Of a stretch of 64,000 nucleotides of DNA, positions 1-12,509 are shown piece after piece; positions within the stretch are counted from its first letter, which is position 1; the number at the start of each line of letters is the position of its first letter. The stretch is from Octopus bimaculoides (lineage: Eukaryota): contig NC_068981.1 of assembly GCF_001194135.2 (NCBI RefSeq), positions 78,216,045 to 78,280,044 on the forward strand. The letters run 5' to 3'. A model generated the notes under the pieces. It was not told the origin of the DNA. It saw only the letters and a list, made by a program, of their open reading frames with translations, and searched no databases. The position numbers and the translations under genes were made by a program.

Positions 1-225
1 CCCACTACTAACTTGGTCACCCAGATAGCGGAAGCTATCAACTACCTCTAGTTTTTCACCCTGGAATGAGATAGAAGTTGTTTCCTGTTTGTTTACAGTC
101 TTTATTGCACCTGAACATCTGCCACAAACAAAAACTAACTTGCTAGTTAACCTGCCTTTGATGTTGCTGCACCTCTTATGTGTCCATAGCTTGCACCGGG
201 ATATATATATATATATATAAATCTC

Positions 226-265
<40 letters not shown>

Positions 266-1074
266 GATAGACCTCTGCACGCTTCATATGTAATATTAGC
301 CTGAGACTATGGTTCAGTTGGAGCACTTCTCTCTCTCCCATCCCTCTGTCTCTCCTCTCAGCTTTGACCCTGTCACTCTTCTTTTTTCTCTTGCATTGTC
401 TATTTATTTGTCTCTGTCTCTGCCTCTATCTGACTTTCTTCAGTAATAATCCAAATCCTCAAACATCCACTCACACAGTAAGAGATGTGTATTTGTACAT
501 ATGTATGTGTGTGTGCGCGCATGTATATTTGTCTATCTATAAATGAATAACAGAATATGCTTTTTTTATCGGAACACAATTGCATGAACAAGTTAGAATG
601 AAAAAAAAGGAAACTACATAAGTCACATTCATGTTATGACAGCAACAAGTTCTTGGGTGTGATGTTCATTAATGCTACAATTAGGAGTGAAGTAGCCCAC
701 ACAATTAGAAATGCCTATGATTAAAACTGTACATGTGAATTTGAATAAAGTGCATATATTCTCAAGCTATATTGCAAAAACAATGCAATGCTATGACTTT
801 ACAGCATGGACTGACCTGACATATATAGTCCTGAATGTTGAGTTGACGGTACTTTGGGAAGATAGAAAGGAGTGGGGATATGAAAAGAAATTTCTAGAAT
901 ATGAAAAACTAGACCATTTTGTTGGTCACAAATACAAGAAAGGTAGTGTAGTGCTTCCAGTAGGGATGTAATAATGGACTTTCCATCAATGACAATGTAT
1001 GAGTGTTCAGCTCTTATTGAAAGAGCTGCACAAATGATTTGTTTATAGTGATCAAATGATTGTGCCACACCCTC

Positions 1075-1250
1075 TCCATCATATCGATGTTATCTGTACA
1101 GGTCTATGGTGTACCATGCATCAGGTGTCGAAGTGATGGCAGAACAATGTGAGATGAAGTGTTTTGCTCAAGAACGCAACACACCAGCTTGTCTAGGAAT
1201 TGAAACCACAATCGTTAGATCATGAGTGCAACACCTTAACCACTAACCAT
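1075..1250 (-). mobile_element. tRNA-derived SINE (head type H1), partial
   Basis: Minus strand reads GGTTAGTGGTTAAGGTGTTGCACTCATG...GTGGTTTCAATTCCTAGAC (A/B-box-like), then the core GTTCTTGAGCAAAACACTTCATCTCACATTG shared with the copies at 4620 and 5524. Confidence 0.7.
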
Positions 1251-4200
1251 GTGCTATCCCCCCTCCTAGCTGTCATTGGACTTTGACAGGATAGTAGACT
1301 AGTGATTCATGAACGTGAGAGTGAAATTGAAAATGCTTTATTACAGATACATCAGAGGTATGAGTATGAAAGATCAAAGCTGAGATCAAAGAGCAAATCT
1401 CTGTGAGTATCAAAGCAAAGTAATTACTGCATGATTGGAGTAGTTACACCTGCCCACCTCCCTCAGATTGTTGTGGTGGCCTGCATGGATTACAGAGAGA
1501 AAAAGCATGCTATATACTCAACTGCTCAGCACAGCTGAAGCAAGCAATGCAGTTGGAAGTCATTGCTACTCCTCTCATTCTTTCTGTTTAAAGAATATAG
1601 CATCTTCATCTAGAATCTGCTTCCAGTATGTGCATCAATTTCTGTAAACTATCAGAGAGCTGGGTCTTTAGGATATTTGGTGAGAATTTGTATTCAATTA
1701 TTGTCTTTTTTTTTATCCATTGTGTTTCTGTGTAACATATTGGTAGAGTTTGAATGTTATTTCATCATATTCATGTCAATAATTTGCTGCTTTCATTATA
1801 AACTGTTTCTTATATGTTATGGAGGAGTCCTTATATTGTATTTCCAAGGCACCTTGTGTAGCACCGTAAATCCCTAGTTTTTAGTTTATCTATGAATTGG
1901 TTGTGCACACCATATAGTTTCAGTACAGGCTTTTTTCCCCTCAACGGTTATGACTTACGTCACTTAATGGGGTCACCTTGTTTTTTCTTCAACTCTGATT
2001 TAAGTTTCATCTCATGTAGTAATTTTCTAATGTGGGCTACTTCACCTCTAGATGTAGCATCAAAGAACTACCCTGCCTAGTTTCTTCCTTTTCCTTTTTA
2101 ACTTCTTCAGGCATTTGCTCTGATATTTAGAGTATACTCTTCTTGTTTCATTACTGATGATAATTTTTTTGTGGGATCGTCTGTACAAGATGAGAACACT
2201 TGTCTGAATATAACAGTCTATGATGTGTGTGTGTGTAGGTAGTACAAGCACAGCTTGGTGCAGAAATAGGAGTAAAGTATCCAAGTTATGTAGTAGAGCT
2301 TTTTATGTTCCTGAAGCTGATTATTTACTCTACTCTGAGTTTTTCACATAATTGTCTTTGCTCATGCACATGTCTGTCTGTCTGTTTATGTATCCATCTA
2401 TCTATCAATCTATCTATCTTTCTATCTATCGATAGGTAGGTAGATAGACAGTGTGTGTGTGTGTGTGTATGTGTGTGTGCATAGCAAGTCAATTACTGAA
2501 TATTGAATTCCACAACTTTACTTCCAGGGGTATTCAGAATATCAGTTATTGAAACATTGACTGTGTTAGTATTCAAAATGTCACATGCTTTATCAAGATA
2601 ATATTGATTAAATATCATCAAAGCTGTGTTGTTGTGGGTTTTTTTTTTTATATGTATGACGTTGCTTAGTCTACAGAATTAGCTGAAGATGCCAAATTAT
2701 CTCTCCCTTCCTCCTCTCTCAAGAAGACGTGTTATTGTCCTTTAAAGAATATTATAGTGTGTGTATATATGTATGTATTTGTATGTGCATATATATATAT
2801 GTATGTGTATCTATATATACAAATACTATTTTTTAATTTCTTGTTTTATTTGAGACTAGATTTATTTTTTATTGAAATGTTCTTATGGCTTAAATTAGCT
2901 AAGTATTGACTGAATATAGCTTAAAGTAGATATATATTCAGTGAATGTAACTTACAATTGAATAGGTATTGTCAGAACACATCCGAATATATTACCTATC
3001 AGAATAGCTGAAGCTGAAGTGGTACCTAAATTTTACTATCATAATAAAAATCTTCTTTAACCTTAGGAATGCATATATTAAAAATGTTATGTAAATTTCC
3101 GTTTTTTTTTTTTTTTCAAATTTCTAGGTTTTTATAAATATGTTCCTATATTAGACCAAGTGCTATTTCATACAAACATGACAACGGACTTGTCTTGATT
3201 ATCATAAATGGCAAAGCTATCAAAGAATAACAGACACAGGAAAAAATATCTCAGTATTATTTTTAATAAAACTGAAAAAAATGTTGTTGTTTAGCCCCAA
3301 GATAGCCCTAATTGAACAGACATCCACTCAAGAGCATTTCATTCCTCACCATAACATCTTTTATTTTTAAAGATGATAAGTGCAGCTTGAAATAATTTTG
3401 GCTACATTTTTAGAAAATCAAGTACACACATGAATAGTTGGTGACTCTTTTGAAAGAATTATATGGCTTTCTAGAATAGCCATAAATGAGAAAATAGACA
3501 ATGATGTTATACAAAGAAAATAAAATGAAAATGATTAACCCTTTTGTTACTGATTTTTCATTGAAATACATTGTCTTTGTTTTAACTAATTTTGAAAATA
3601 ATGAAAGATTTAGTAAAATAACTTTGTTATTATTAAGCTGATGTTTTGAATATAAATTAACATGAAATTTTAATGGAAGGTTTTCATTTAGATTGCTTTA
3701 AATCATGAAATTTATATCACAGAACCATAGGTGGTCTGAGGTGGGTTGGCATCAAAAAGGTTAAAGGTAGTTGCTACAATTGGCTGGTAATTTGATAAAA
3801 GAAAACTATAGTGATGTAGCTTATTGTCCTGGAAGATGATGTTTACAAGCTACACCCTCAATTGAAAAGAAAGCACAAAGAATTAGAATATAGGAGATGA
3901 ACTGTTCTTTCTTAAATAGTTTTAACCAAAACTAGTCACACAGCCAGCTTTGAGTGACATGGTATACAAATTCATCTTGATTGACTTATAAGGAACTAAT
4001 TACTACTCTCTTACTGCCTCAAATTATTATTGTGGCTGTTGTTCTTATTAAATGTCATGTCGGCTCTGAGGAAGTAAGCTTCTGATTAAAGCCATCCTAG
4101 CACAACATCAGCTCTTTTTTCCACACTTTTTCATTTTTTTTTTGTTTTTTTTCTTTTTGCATACCTGGAAATATTTCTTCTAATTTTTATTTATATTCTC

Positions 4201-4278
4201 CTATTTATCATTTTGGCTGTTTGTTCATTTCCAGCAGGTTGAGCAACCTCAACTTTACAAGGTGGTATACTCCAGAAC

Positions 4279-4450
4279 AGGCATGGCTGTGTGGTTAAGA
4301 TGTTCACTTTGCAATCATATGGTTTTGGGTTTAGTTCCACTGTGTGAAAACCAGTGGCAAGTGCCTCTACTATAGCGCTCCCACTAACTAATACCTTGTG
4401 AGTGAATTTGGTCAACGGAAAGTGTATTAAATTCTGTTGTGTGTGCTTGC
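4279..4450 (+). mobile_element. tRNA-derived SINE (head type H2)
   Basis: AGGCATGGCTGTGTGGTTAAG...GGTTTAGTTCCACTG...GCAAGTGCCTCTACTATAGC...CCTTGTGAGTGAATTTGG; the same head recurs more than 10 times in the window. Confidence 0.75.
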
Positions 4451-4562
4451 ATGTGTTTACTTCTGTAAACATAGCAGGACTTAAAAAATAAATATTGTAG
4501 GCTATTTGTTCAACTAACCCTACAAGGTTGTGCTTCAGAATGACTGCAGTCTAATGACTGAA

Positions 4563-4602
<40 letters not shown>

Positions 4603-4619
4603 ACACACACGTGTGTGTG

Positions 4620-4915
4620 TGAGGGTACATGGCCTAGTGGTTAGGGTGTTGTATTCATGATTGTGAGATTATGATTTCAATTCCTAGACCAGGTGGTGTG
4701 TAGTGTTCTTGAGCAAAACACTTCATCTCTCATTGCCCTGTGATCATGTCGGCACCTGACGCATGGTACACAATGCACCTGTTTAGGAACCACCAACTTC
4801 ATGGAGGGAGTGAGCTAATGTACAGCATGAACATTTGACCACTATAAACACTTATGTAGGTTGTTCGGCAAATGCTGAACTCTCATATGTTGTCTTCAAC
4901 AGGAGAGTCCATCAT
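4620..4915 (+). mobile_element. tRNA-derived SINE (head H1) with distinct 3' tail
   Basis: GAGGGTACATGGCCTAGTGGTTAGGGTGTTG (A box), GATTTCAATTCC (B box), core GTGTTCTTGAGCAAAACACTTCATCTC; preceded by a (CA)n/(GT)n run. Confidence 0.8.
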
Positions 4916-5523
4916 TTATGTAAATTCATAGTTCACTGCACAACATTTTTATGTTCTCTTTTTCTTTTTCTTTTTTTTTCTTATAGTCTTTTGTTTTTTT
5001 CTCTTTGAAATTTAATGTAAAGTATGAGTATTTTTGATAGTTATACATCTTTAGTCTGAAACTGTGGAAAGTGAATGAAATGGCTCCATCACTAGTTTTG
5101 TCTCTCTGTGGGTGGAAAAAGTGAGATTGATCGTATTCATTTCTAATCTTCTTAAATGTTAATTAATGAAAGGATACCTGTCTTCTCTCCACAGATAGAT
5201 TAGTAGCTTGGCGCTTCACTAAAGACAACCAGCACTGTTTCTACTCTCTTCTTTTCAGTCCCCTGCAGCAATCATTTAAACAGCCAGAAATTTAACCAGG
5301 CCTCATTCGAACATTATAATAGAAATAGAATTTGACTTCAATTTTGCAGTCAAAGAAGCCAATACAGCAAAAGTTATAAGTAACAGCTGTGATTTATTAT
5401 GTAAAACATTTATTTCCTACTCTACATTTTATATTGAGTTCTCTATATGACACTGTTTAATTACTTTAAAAAATATACTAATAACTGTTAGACCCTCACA
5501 ATATTATTACATTTTTTTTTTTC

Positions 5524-5767
5524 GCCCTTTAAAGCCTAGCCAGGCTCATGGGCCCGGTTTCCCGGTTTCAATGGCGTATGTGTTCCCCAGCTGGACGGGA
5601 CGCCAGTCCATCGCAGTGTTACTCATTTTTGCCAGCTGAGTGGACCGGAGCAATGTGAAATGAAGTGTTTTGCTCAAGAACACAACGCGTCGCCCGGACC
5701 AGGAATCGAAACCACAATCTTACGATCATAGCGCTGACACCCTAACCACTAAGCCACGCGCCTCCAC
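5524..5767 (-). mobile_element. tRNA-derived SINE (head H1), CpG-rich, apparently young full-length copy
   Basis: Minus strand GTGGAGGCGCGTGGCTTAGTGGTTAGGGTGTCAGCGC...GTGGTTTCGATTCCTGG (near-consensus B box), core CACATTGCTCCGGTCCACTCAGCTGGCAAAAATGAGTAA; many CpGs retained. Confidence 0.85.
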
Positions 5768-6099
5768 AAATTATTACATATACATTCGTTTATATGTCTA
5801 CAGGTTGTAAGTTTATATCTGTATGTTTATGTGTGTTTGTATGTACAAAAGGATGCTGAAAAGCTCTTGGCTTTGGGTAACAGAAAATACTGGAGGATCA
5901 GTTAATTATGATTTTATTCAACATATTCCCCTCTCAGATTCATTCACATATTGCAGCAGTCCTTCAGTTTTTCTAATCTCTATAAAAGAACTCAGAAGGT
6001 TGGGCCTCCAGCCAGGCCTTTCGTAATACCCTTAAAGCCAGAAATTTTTCAGCATGCGTATGTGTATACACACACACACACACACACATATGTATATGT

Positions 6100-6480
6100 A
6101 CATTATCGCTTAATGTCCATTTTTCCGTACTTACATGGTTCTGATGGAATCTGATGATGCAGGTTTTTTTACTGCCAAATGCCCTTCCTGTTATCAACTA
6201 TCCATAATACTTCCAGGCACGTTTTCTATGAAAGACTGAAAACATACAACGTTGCTTATGTGATGGTAATGTTTCTTTACTATCATCAGATGATGTCAAG
6301 CAAACGTACATGTGCCTAGATAAGATGGGCTTTTTCAGTTTACATCAAACCAAACTTAGCTCACAAAGCATTAGTCAACCCAGGGCTACAGTAGAAGACA
6401 CTTTCCCAAGTTGCTGTACAGTGGGACTTCAACTGAGATCATATGCTTGCAAAGCAAGCTTCTTTAACCATGCAGCCATG
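6100..6480 (-). mobile_element. Composite SINE: H2 head plus RTE-type tail, degenerate
   Basis: Reverse complement of the H2 head at about 6340-6480 and of the tail motif GGAAGGGCATTTGGC...CCATGTAAGTACGGAAAAATGGACATTAA at about 6100-6200. Confidence 0.6.
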
Positions 6481-6595
6481 TCTATAATATATTATGCCTG
6501 TAAATGTGTGTGTGTGTGTGGGTGTGTGTAGGTATATCTGTGTCTCCTGTATATGTATGTCCGAATTTATTTCTTTATTGATTTATTTATTTATG

Positions 6596-6661
<66 letters not shown>

Positions 6662-7107
6662 AATATATAGATATCATCATCATTATGTGTGTACACACAG
6701 ACACACACACAAAACTTCATATCTCATCCTACCATCTTTAAAATGGAAGATGTAATCATCAAATAGAGTTCCTGATATAAAATAATGATAGATGATCATG
6801 GCTGGAAGGCTTTCATCATGGGTCTGCTCAAAGTATAAATAACAGTTAAGTCTCCCTCAGGTAGCTCACTCTACCATCCTAAAAATGAAATGACACATTG
6901 AATAGTGTGCTGTCCCATTTATAAAAAGACAAAAGAATTTGTATTACAGGTAAAATGTCTTTATCAAAGGACTATTTGATGAGGATTAACCTAAATGGCT
7001 GGAAAAAAAATGAAAAATTAAAGATAGCCATTGGTTCCTCATTGCTTCTGTTATATTTATACTAGTATAATAACGCTTTACATACATATTTCAATCTGTA
7101 TTATAGG

Positions 7108-7510
7108 TACAGACATGACTGTGTGGTTAAGAAGTTTGCTTCCCAACCACATGGCTTCAGGTTCAGTCCCACTTCATAGCAACTTGAACAATGCCCTCGG
7201 CTGACCAAAACCTTGTGAATAGATTTGGTAGGCAGAAACTGAAAGAAGCTTGTTGTTTGTGTGTGTATGTTTGTGTTTCTTTGTCTTGACATTGTGTAAT
7301 AGTTGTAAAAGAGTGTCTCTGTCATACAAGCAGTGTTGTTCATGTCCAGTATTCTGTGCAAACACATTTGGCCATCAGTAAATATTATGTTGCTTGGAAA
7401 CAGGTGAGGGTGGCAGCAGAAAGGGCATCTTAGTATAGAAAATCTGCCCCAATAAACTTCTGACCCATGCTAGCATGGAAAGTGTAAGTGAAAACCACAA
7501 TAGGGATGAT
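7108..7510 (+). mobile_element. Composite SINE: H2 head, (GT)n linker, RTE-type tail ending in (TGA)n
   Basis: AGACATGACTGTGTGGTTAAGAAG...GGTTCAGTCCCAC head, GT-rich linker, then TTGCTTGGAAACAGGTGAGGG...AAGGGCATC...CCCATGCTAGCATGGAAAG and GATGATGAT. Confidence 0.75.
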
Positions 7511-7744
7511 GATGATTATGTTAAATCTTACAGTCAATGATTTCTACAAGTTGTAACAGCCACTAGTGAGGAAGCTTCTGTACAGTCATATAAACTACTG
7601 AAAATAATAGACAAATGTCCTTTGTACACAAAGGGGAAGTATTCCTCTTTACATGTCTGCTCAATCAAGGCAAACCTATATTAAACAGTAACTGTATTGC
7701 ATACAAAATATACAATGTTGTGCTAGTGCTGTGTAAATACACTC

Positions 7745-7932
7745 ATGCCAGTGGCACATAAAAGGCATCCAGCACACTCTGTTTAGTGGTTGGCCTTAGG
7801 AAGGGCACCCAACTGTAGAAACTGTGCCACAACAGACAATTGGAGTCTGGACAACTTCCTGGCTGGCCAGTTCCATGTCAAACTGTCCAACCCATGCCAG
7901 CATGGAAAGCCTACATTAAACGATGATGATGA
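7745..7932 (+). mobile_element. RTE-LINE 3' tail fragment
   Basis: ATGCCAGTGGCACATAAAAGGCATCC...TTAGGAAGGGCACCCAACTGTAGAAAC...CCAACCCATGCCAGCATGGAAAG...TTAAACGATGATGATGAT; matches the 3' end of the RTE copy at 12510-13612. Confidence 0.75.
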
Positions 7933-8888
7933 TATATATGTATGTGTATTTGTATTATTGATAACAGCTAGAAGAAGGGGCTTTTTTTCCACCCACCAAA
8001 ATGAATGGAACTTTGACTAGGGGGAACTGATGTCATCAGATGGTATCCAACAATCATGGGTATTTTGACTTTGACCTGAAATACCCTCCCATCAGTCACT
8101 GCTCATCATCTCCTCGAAGTTCCCTGCTTAACTCCCCTCTTTTGTTCTATAAACTGCAAAAAGCTCTTTCTACTGCCTCTTCCATCCTCCACACAGTTAT
8201 CCTTTGTCTTTGTGTCTCATTCTAAGGAAATATACTGCAAATAATAGATAAATGTCTTTTGCACACAAAATGGAAAGTCAATTAAAATGCTTTTTACTGC
8301 AGGCCTGCTCAATACACACACACACACACCTTTGTTTGGTGTTAGGAAGGGTATTCAGCAGTAGAAATCATGCCAAGCTAGATAGCAGAGCTTGGTGCAG
8401 TTGTCTGGCATCTTTTGTTTCCACATCTGCGCAAAAGAGTGTTGTTCTCGAGCTGGGTTGAAAAGCCGTATCCATACTGCTCATGCTTAATGAAAAACCA
8501 AGCGATAGCATTGCTTAAAATTGAGTTGCAGCTGTCATATGAGTTTTATATATATATATATATATGTATACACACACACATCAATATTCACACATATATA
8601 CATGCACATATGCACATAGATGTATGCATATATATACACACACACACATAGATATAGATAAATGTACATAGTAAACCCATTCCAATATGGGAAAAGGAAA
8701 AAAAAAAACCCATCTTAAAATTATTGCGATTATAAATTTTTACTGTCTTCTTTCTCTTCCTTTTCTTGAAAAAAGAAAAAAATCTATCACAAAACAAAAC
8801 AAAAACCAATAAACCTATTCCCCACAGGAATATGGTATACATACATGGAGGAAGAAAACGCCAGATAATTCAAAATGTAGTAGCAGTG

Positions 8889-8921
<33 letters not shown>

Positions 8922-10799
8922 CTGCTACTACTACTACTACAAAAGAAATATGATAATGATACCAACAACAGCAATTGTACCAAGCACAATAGAAGAAAGC
9001 TAAATTGACAACCAAAACAGAAAAAAATCTTAGAAATGAATGTTTGCATTTCACTGACATAATTGCAACCACACATTCATTTTCTAACCAATTTCTTTTT
9101 TCAAATATGTATTTATTCCCTTATTGGCTTGTTCTTGTTTCTTTTTCTCTTTCTTATTGGTTGTTGTTGTTTTCCTGTTTTTCTTGAGGTGGCAAGGGGT
9201 TAGAGGTGTTTTTATTTTATTTGATTTGATTTTTTTGTTTTCCTGTTTATTCCCCCCCCCCCTATGTATTTTACTTACTTTCACTATCACACTTCACTCC
9301 CCACCCCTGTTCTTTCAATACCTATTCCCATCTACTCATACCTTCACTCTCCCAGTCCCCCCTCCCCACTACCATTCATTTACCCTCTGATTACTTTCAC
9401 TTTTCAACGTGATTGAGCACTATCGTTCTAACATTGTTGTTGTAATTGCTGTTGCAAGTGTTGCTGCTGTTGTTGTTACTCATAGTTATTCTTTGTTACT
9501 TTGGCATCGACTTCTTCATCATGAAGCTGGTCGTCATCATCATCATCATCATCATTGCCATCACCACTATTACCATTATCATCTTCATTATCAATGTCGT
9601 CATTGTTTTTCTTCAAACACACTTCCACTCCTCACCCCACCTCACATTATTTAACTGAATTCTTTCAGTTAGTTTGTTTTTGACAAGGAACTTGTTGGTC
9701 ATATTTATTATTCCTAGTGCTTTTCTTTTATTATTTTTACTTTACTTTTTTATATTCTTTATTTCCTTCTTATATTAATGCTCAAGACCTGGTATTTTGT
9801 TATATCTATCTATATGATATCTATTGCATCTTCTTTCAATAGACTGCATTTCAAAAAATACATATTGGTATTTTTTTACCCTGTATTTTCTTCAAATTCT
9901 TCTCACTATTTTCTTTTCTTTTCCTAATTTTACTTTCACTTTCTTTTTTGCCTTCACAATATCTTTCTTCAATCTCTTCCCCTCTCTTCTGTCTCTCTAT
10001 CTCTCTCACTCTCTATTGATCCATCTACATGAAACTCTAGCTATCCATCTTTAACTATCTATAGCCATGTATCCTATGTATGTATGTATATCTCTGATCT
10101 ATATCACTTTCTATGCCTGTCTTTTTATCTCTATCTGAGTCACATTGTATAGCTGTATCTAACTAATATATATATCATAAGAATGTATTGCTGCATAACA
10201 CACTTATAAATGTGTGTGCATATATGTATATGTATGTATATGTGTGTGTGCATGTATGTATATATGTGTGTGTGTGTGTTTGCATGTATGTATGTATATA
10301 TATGTGTGTGTCTGTGTGTATATTATGTATATTATATATATGCATACGAACACACACACACATACACACACACACACACATACATTTTATCTCTCACTGT
10401 CTCCAATCATAATAAACTACCTGCTTTATGTCTCTCTGAGAAGACAGCTTTTTCTTTTTCTTTTTTTTTTTTCTTTTCTTCGATGTATCTTTATTATATT
10501 GGTATTTCTACTCTTTTTCTTACAATGACAATTTCATGACTGAACTTAGAAGAAGTAAAAAATAAATATTTAAAAAAAAAACAAAAACGTAATTAAAATT
10601 AAAAAAAATAAGAATCACCTGCAGTAATAATTCCAATTGAAACGCATTGGTGTATTTTTCTACATATATTTAACCCTTTAATTGTGTCGTACATTTTTTT
10701 CATCCTTGTTAAGACAGTGTAATTCTATTACAGAATCAGTTTCTTAAAATGCATTCAATTGCATTACACTAGTGTAGTCCCTCCCTCCATCTCTCACTT

Positions 10800-10846
<47 letters not shown>

Positions 10847-10864
10847 CTATATATATATATATAT

Positions 10865-11024
10865 NNNNNNNNNNNNNNNNNNNNNNNNNNNNNNNNNNNN
10901 NNNNNNNNNNNNNNNNNNNNNNNNNNNNNNNNNNNNNNNNNNNNNNNNNNNNNNNNNNNNNNNNNNNNNNNNNNNNNNNNNNNNNNNNNNNNNNNNNNNN
11001 NNNNNNNNNNNNNNNNNNNNNNNN
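10865..11024. other. Assembly gap (N run) inside (TA)n
   Basis: Ns flanked by TA repeats. Confidence 0.99.
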
Positions 11025-11290
11025 TTATATATATATATAACTGTACATATATATACATATATATATATAACTGTACATATTATATATGTATATATATATG
11101 TATATATATATATATAACTGTACATATTATATATGTATATATATATGTATATATATATATATAAATGTACATATTATGTATATATATATATATATATATA
11201 AATGTACATATTATGTATATATATATATAAATGTACATATTATGTATACATATATATATAAATGCACATATTTGTATATACATTTATATA
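11025..11290. repeat. TA-based minisatellite with recurring AA(C/A)TGTACATATT unit
   Basis: TATATAACTGTACATAT / TATAAATGTACATATTATG recurs about 6 times with variable (TA)n spacers. Confidence 0.85.
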
Positions 11291-11409
11291 AATAATACAT
11301 ATGTAGGTGTGCGTATGTGTCTGTATATATACAGACACACACATGTATATAAGTATGTACATATATAGGTGTTTATGTGTGTGTATATAGAGAGAGTCTA
11401 GTATTTTCT

Positions 11410-11775
11410 ATTATAGTCCCAGGCCAACCAAGGCCTTCTTAGTAGATTTTTAAAAGAGACTGAAAGATGCTCTTCATACTATGTGCCCATACAATGTAAG
11501 AAAGAGAAAGATAAATATGTGGGTGTGTCTGTGTGTATCCTGGTTTTAACATCATGTGATAGTTGTTACAAGCATCACTCTCATACAGGCTATGTTGATC
11601 ATTTCCAGTTTTCTGTGAAAAGCATGTCTGGATATGCGGAATATTACCTGGCATGGGAACAGGTGTGGGTTGCCAGCAGGAAAGGTATCAGGGTGTAAAA
11701 ACTCTGCCTCAACAAATTCTATCTCACCCATACAAGCATGGAATAGCAGATTGTTAGATCATGAAAATGATATTA
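11410..11775 (+). mobile_element. 5'-truncated composite SINE (H2 body, GT linker, RTE-type tail)
   Basis: TATAGTCCCAGGCCAACCAAGGCCTT...ACTGAAAGA, then GTGATAGTTGTTACAAGCATCACTCTCATACAGG...GGAACAGGTGTGGGTTGCCAGCAGGAAAGG...CCCATACAAGCATGG. Confidence 0.65.
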
Positions 11776-12509
11776 TCATCATCATCGTTTAACATCTGCC
11801 TTCCATGCTTGCATGGTATATATAATTTATGTTTTCATTCACTATTCAGGATACAGTTATGGTTAAAGTGGTTAAGAATTCACTTTGCAATCATGAGGTC
11901 ACTGCATGTATCCTATAGTGTAGCAGAAGTCAGATGGTGAGCTTTAGTGCCTTCTGTTAGTGTTCTTGGATATCAAAGAGAGTTGATTAATACTTATTCT
12001 GTATGGTATATTTTCCAAGAGTCATGAAGATATTGTTCACACACAAACCAAATGACAGTTAGCTATTTTTGTAATTTAAAATTTTGAACAAAAATATTAT
12101 CTTCTTACTTCATCTCATTTCAGTAACTATGGTTTCTTGATTAAGATGTAAAATTTTCCATGAACCATAACATGCATCCTTTTACCCACCACATGTGCGG
12201 GCATGTAGTACCTAGTCTGCTCCAAGTTATGCAGATGTCTTCAACTACCCTATCCTTAAATTTCCAAATGAACTTTCACAGAATGATGGTGGTCATTCTA
12301 TCACTACATATGAAATAATACTTTTGTTGTTTGAATCTGTTTTTAAATGTTTGTTTGATGATCCAGAATCAAAATCAATACTATCTCTCTATCAAGTATA
12401 TCTGGAAACTGAAGGACAGTAGATTTGCAAGCATGAAATTCCTCTTCTTTCTGCAGTCTACTAGCTTATTCTGTCATCATCCAATATGCATTGTCCACAT
12501 CAATAAAAA

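Noticed and set aside
3939-3953. CACAGCCAGCTTTGA matches 15 nt of mature miR-2
   Set aside because: No complementary 5' arm upstream to form a pre-miRNA, and the match breaks at both ends; the context looks like a decayed repeat.
4620-4700. tRNA-like A/B boxes (also at other SINE heads)
   Set aside because: No full cloverleaf, and they continue into SINE core sequence; not functional tRNA genes.
8766-9658. ORFs with poly-V, poly-L, poly-T and poly-H runs, including a possible exon EYGIHTWRKKTPDNSKCSSS...
   Set aside because: Driven by trinucleotide microsatellites; no donor or homology support.
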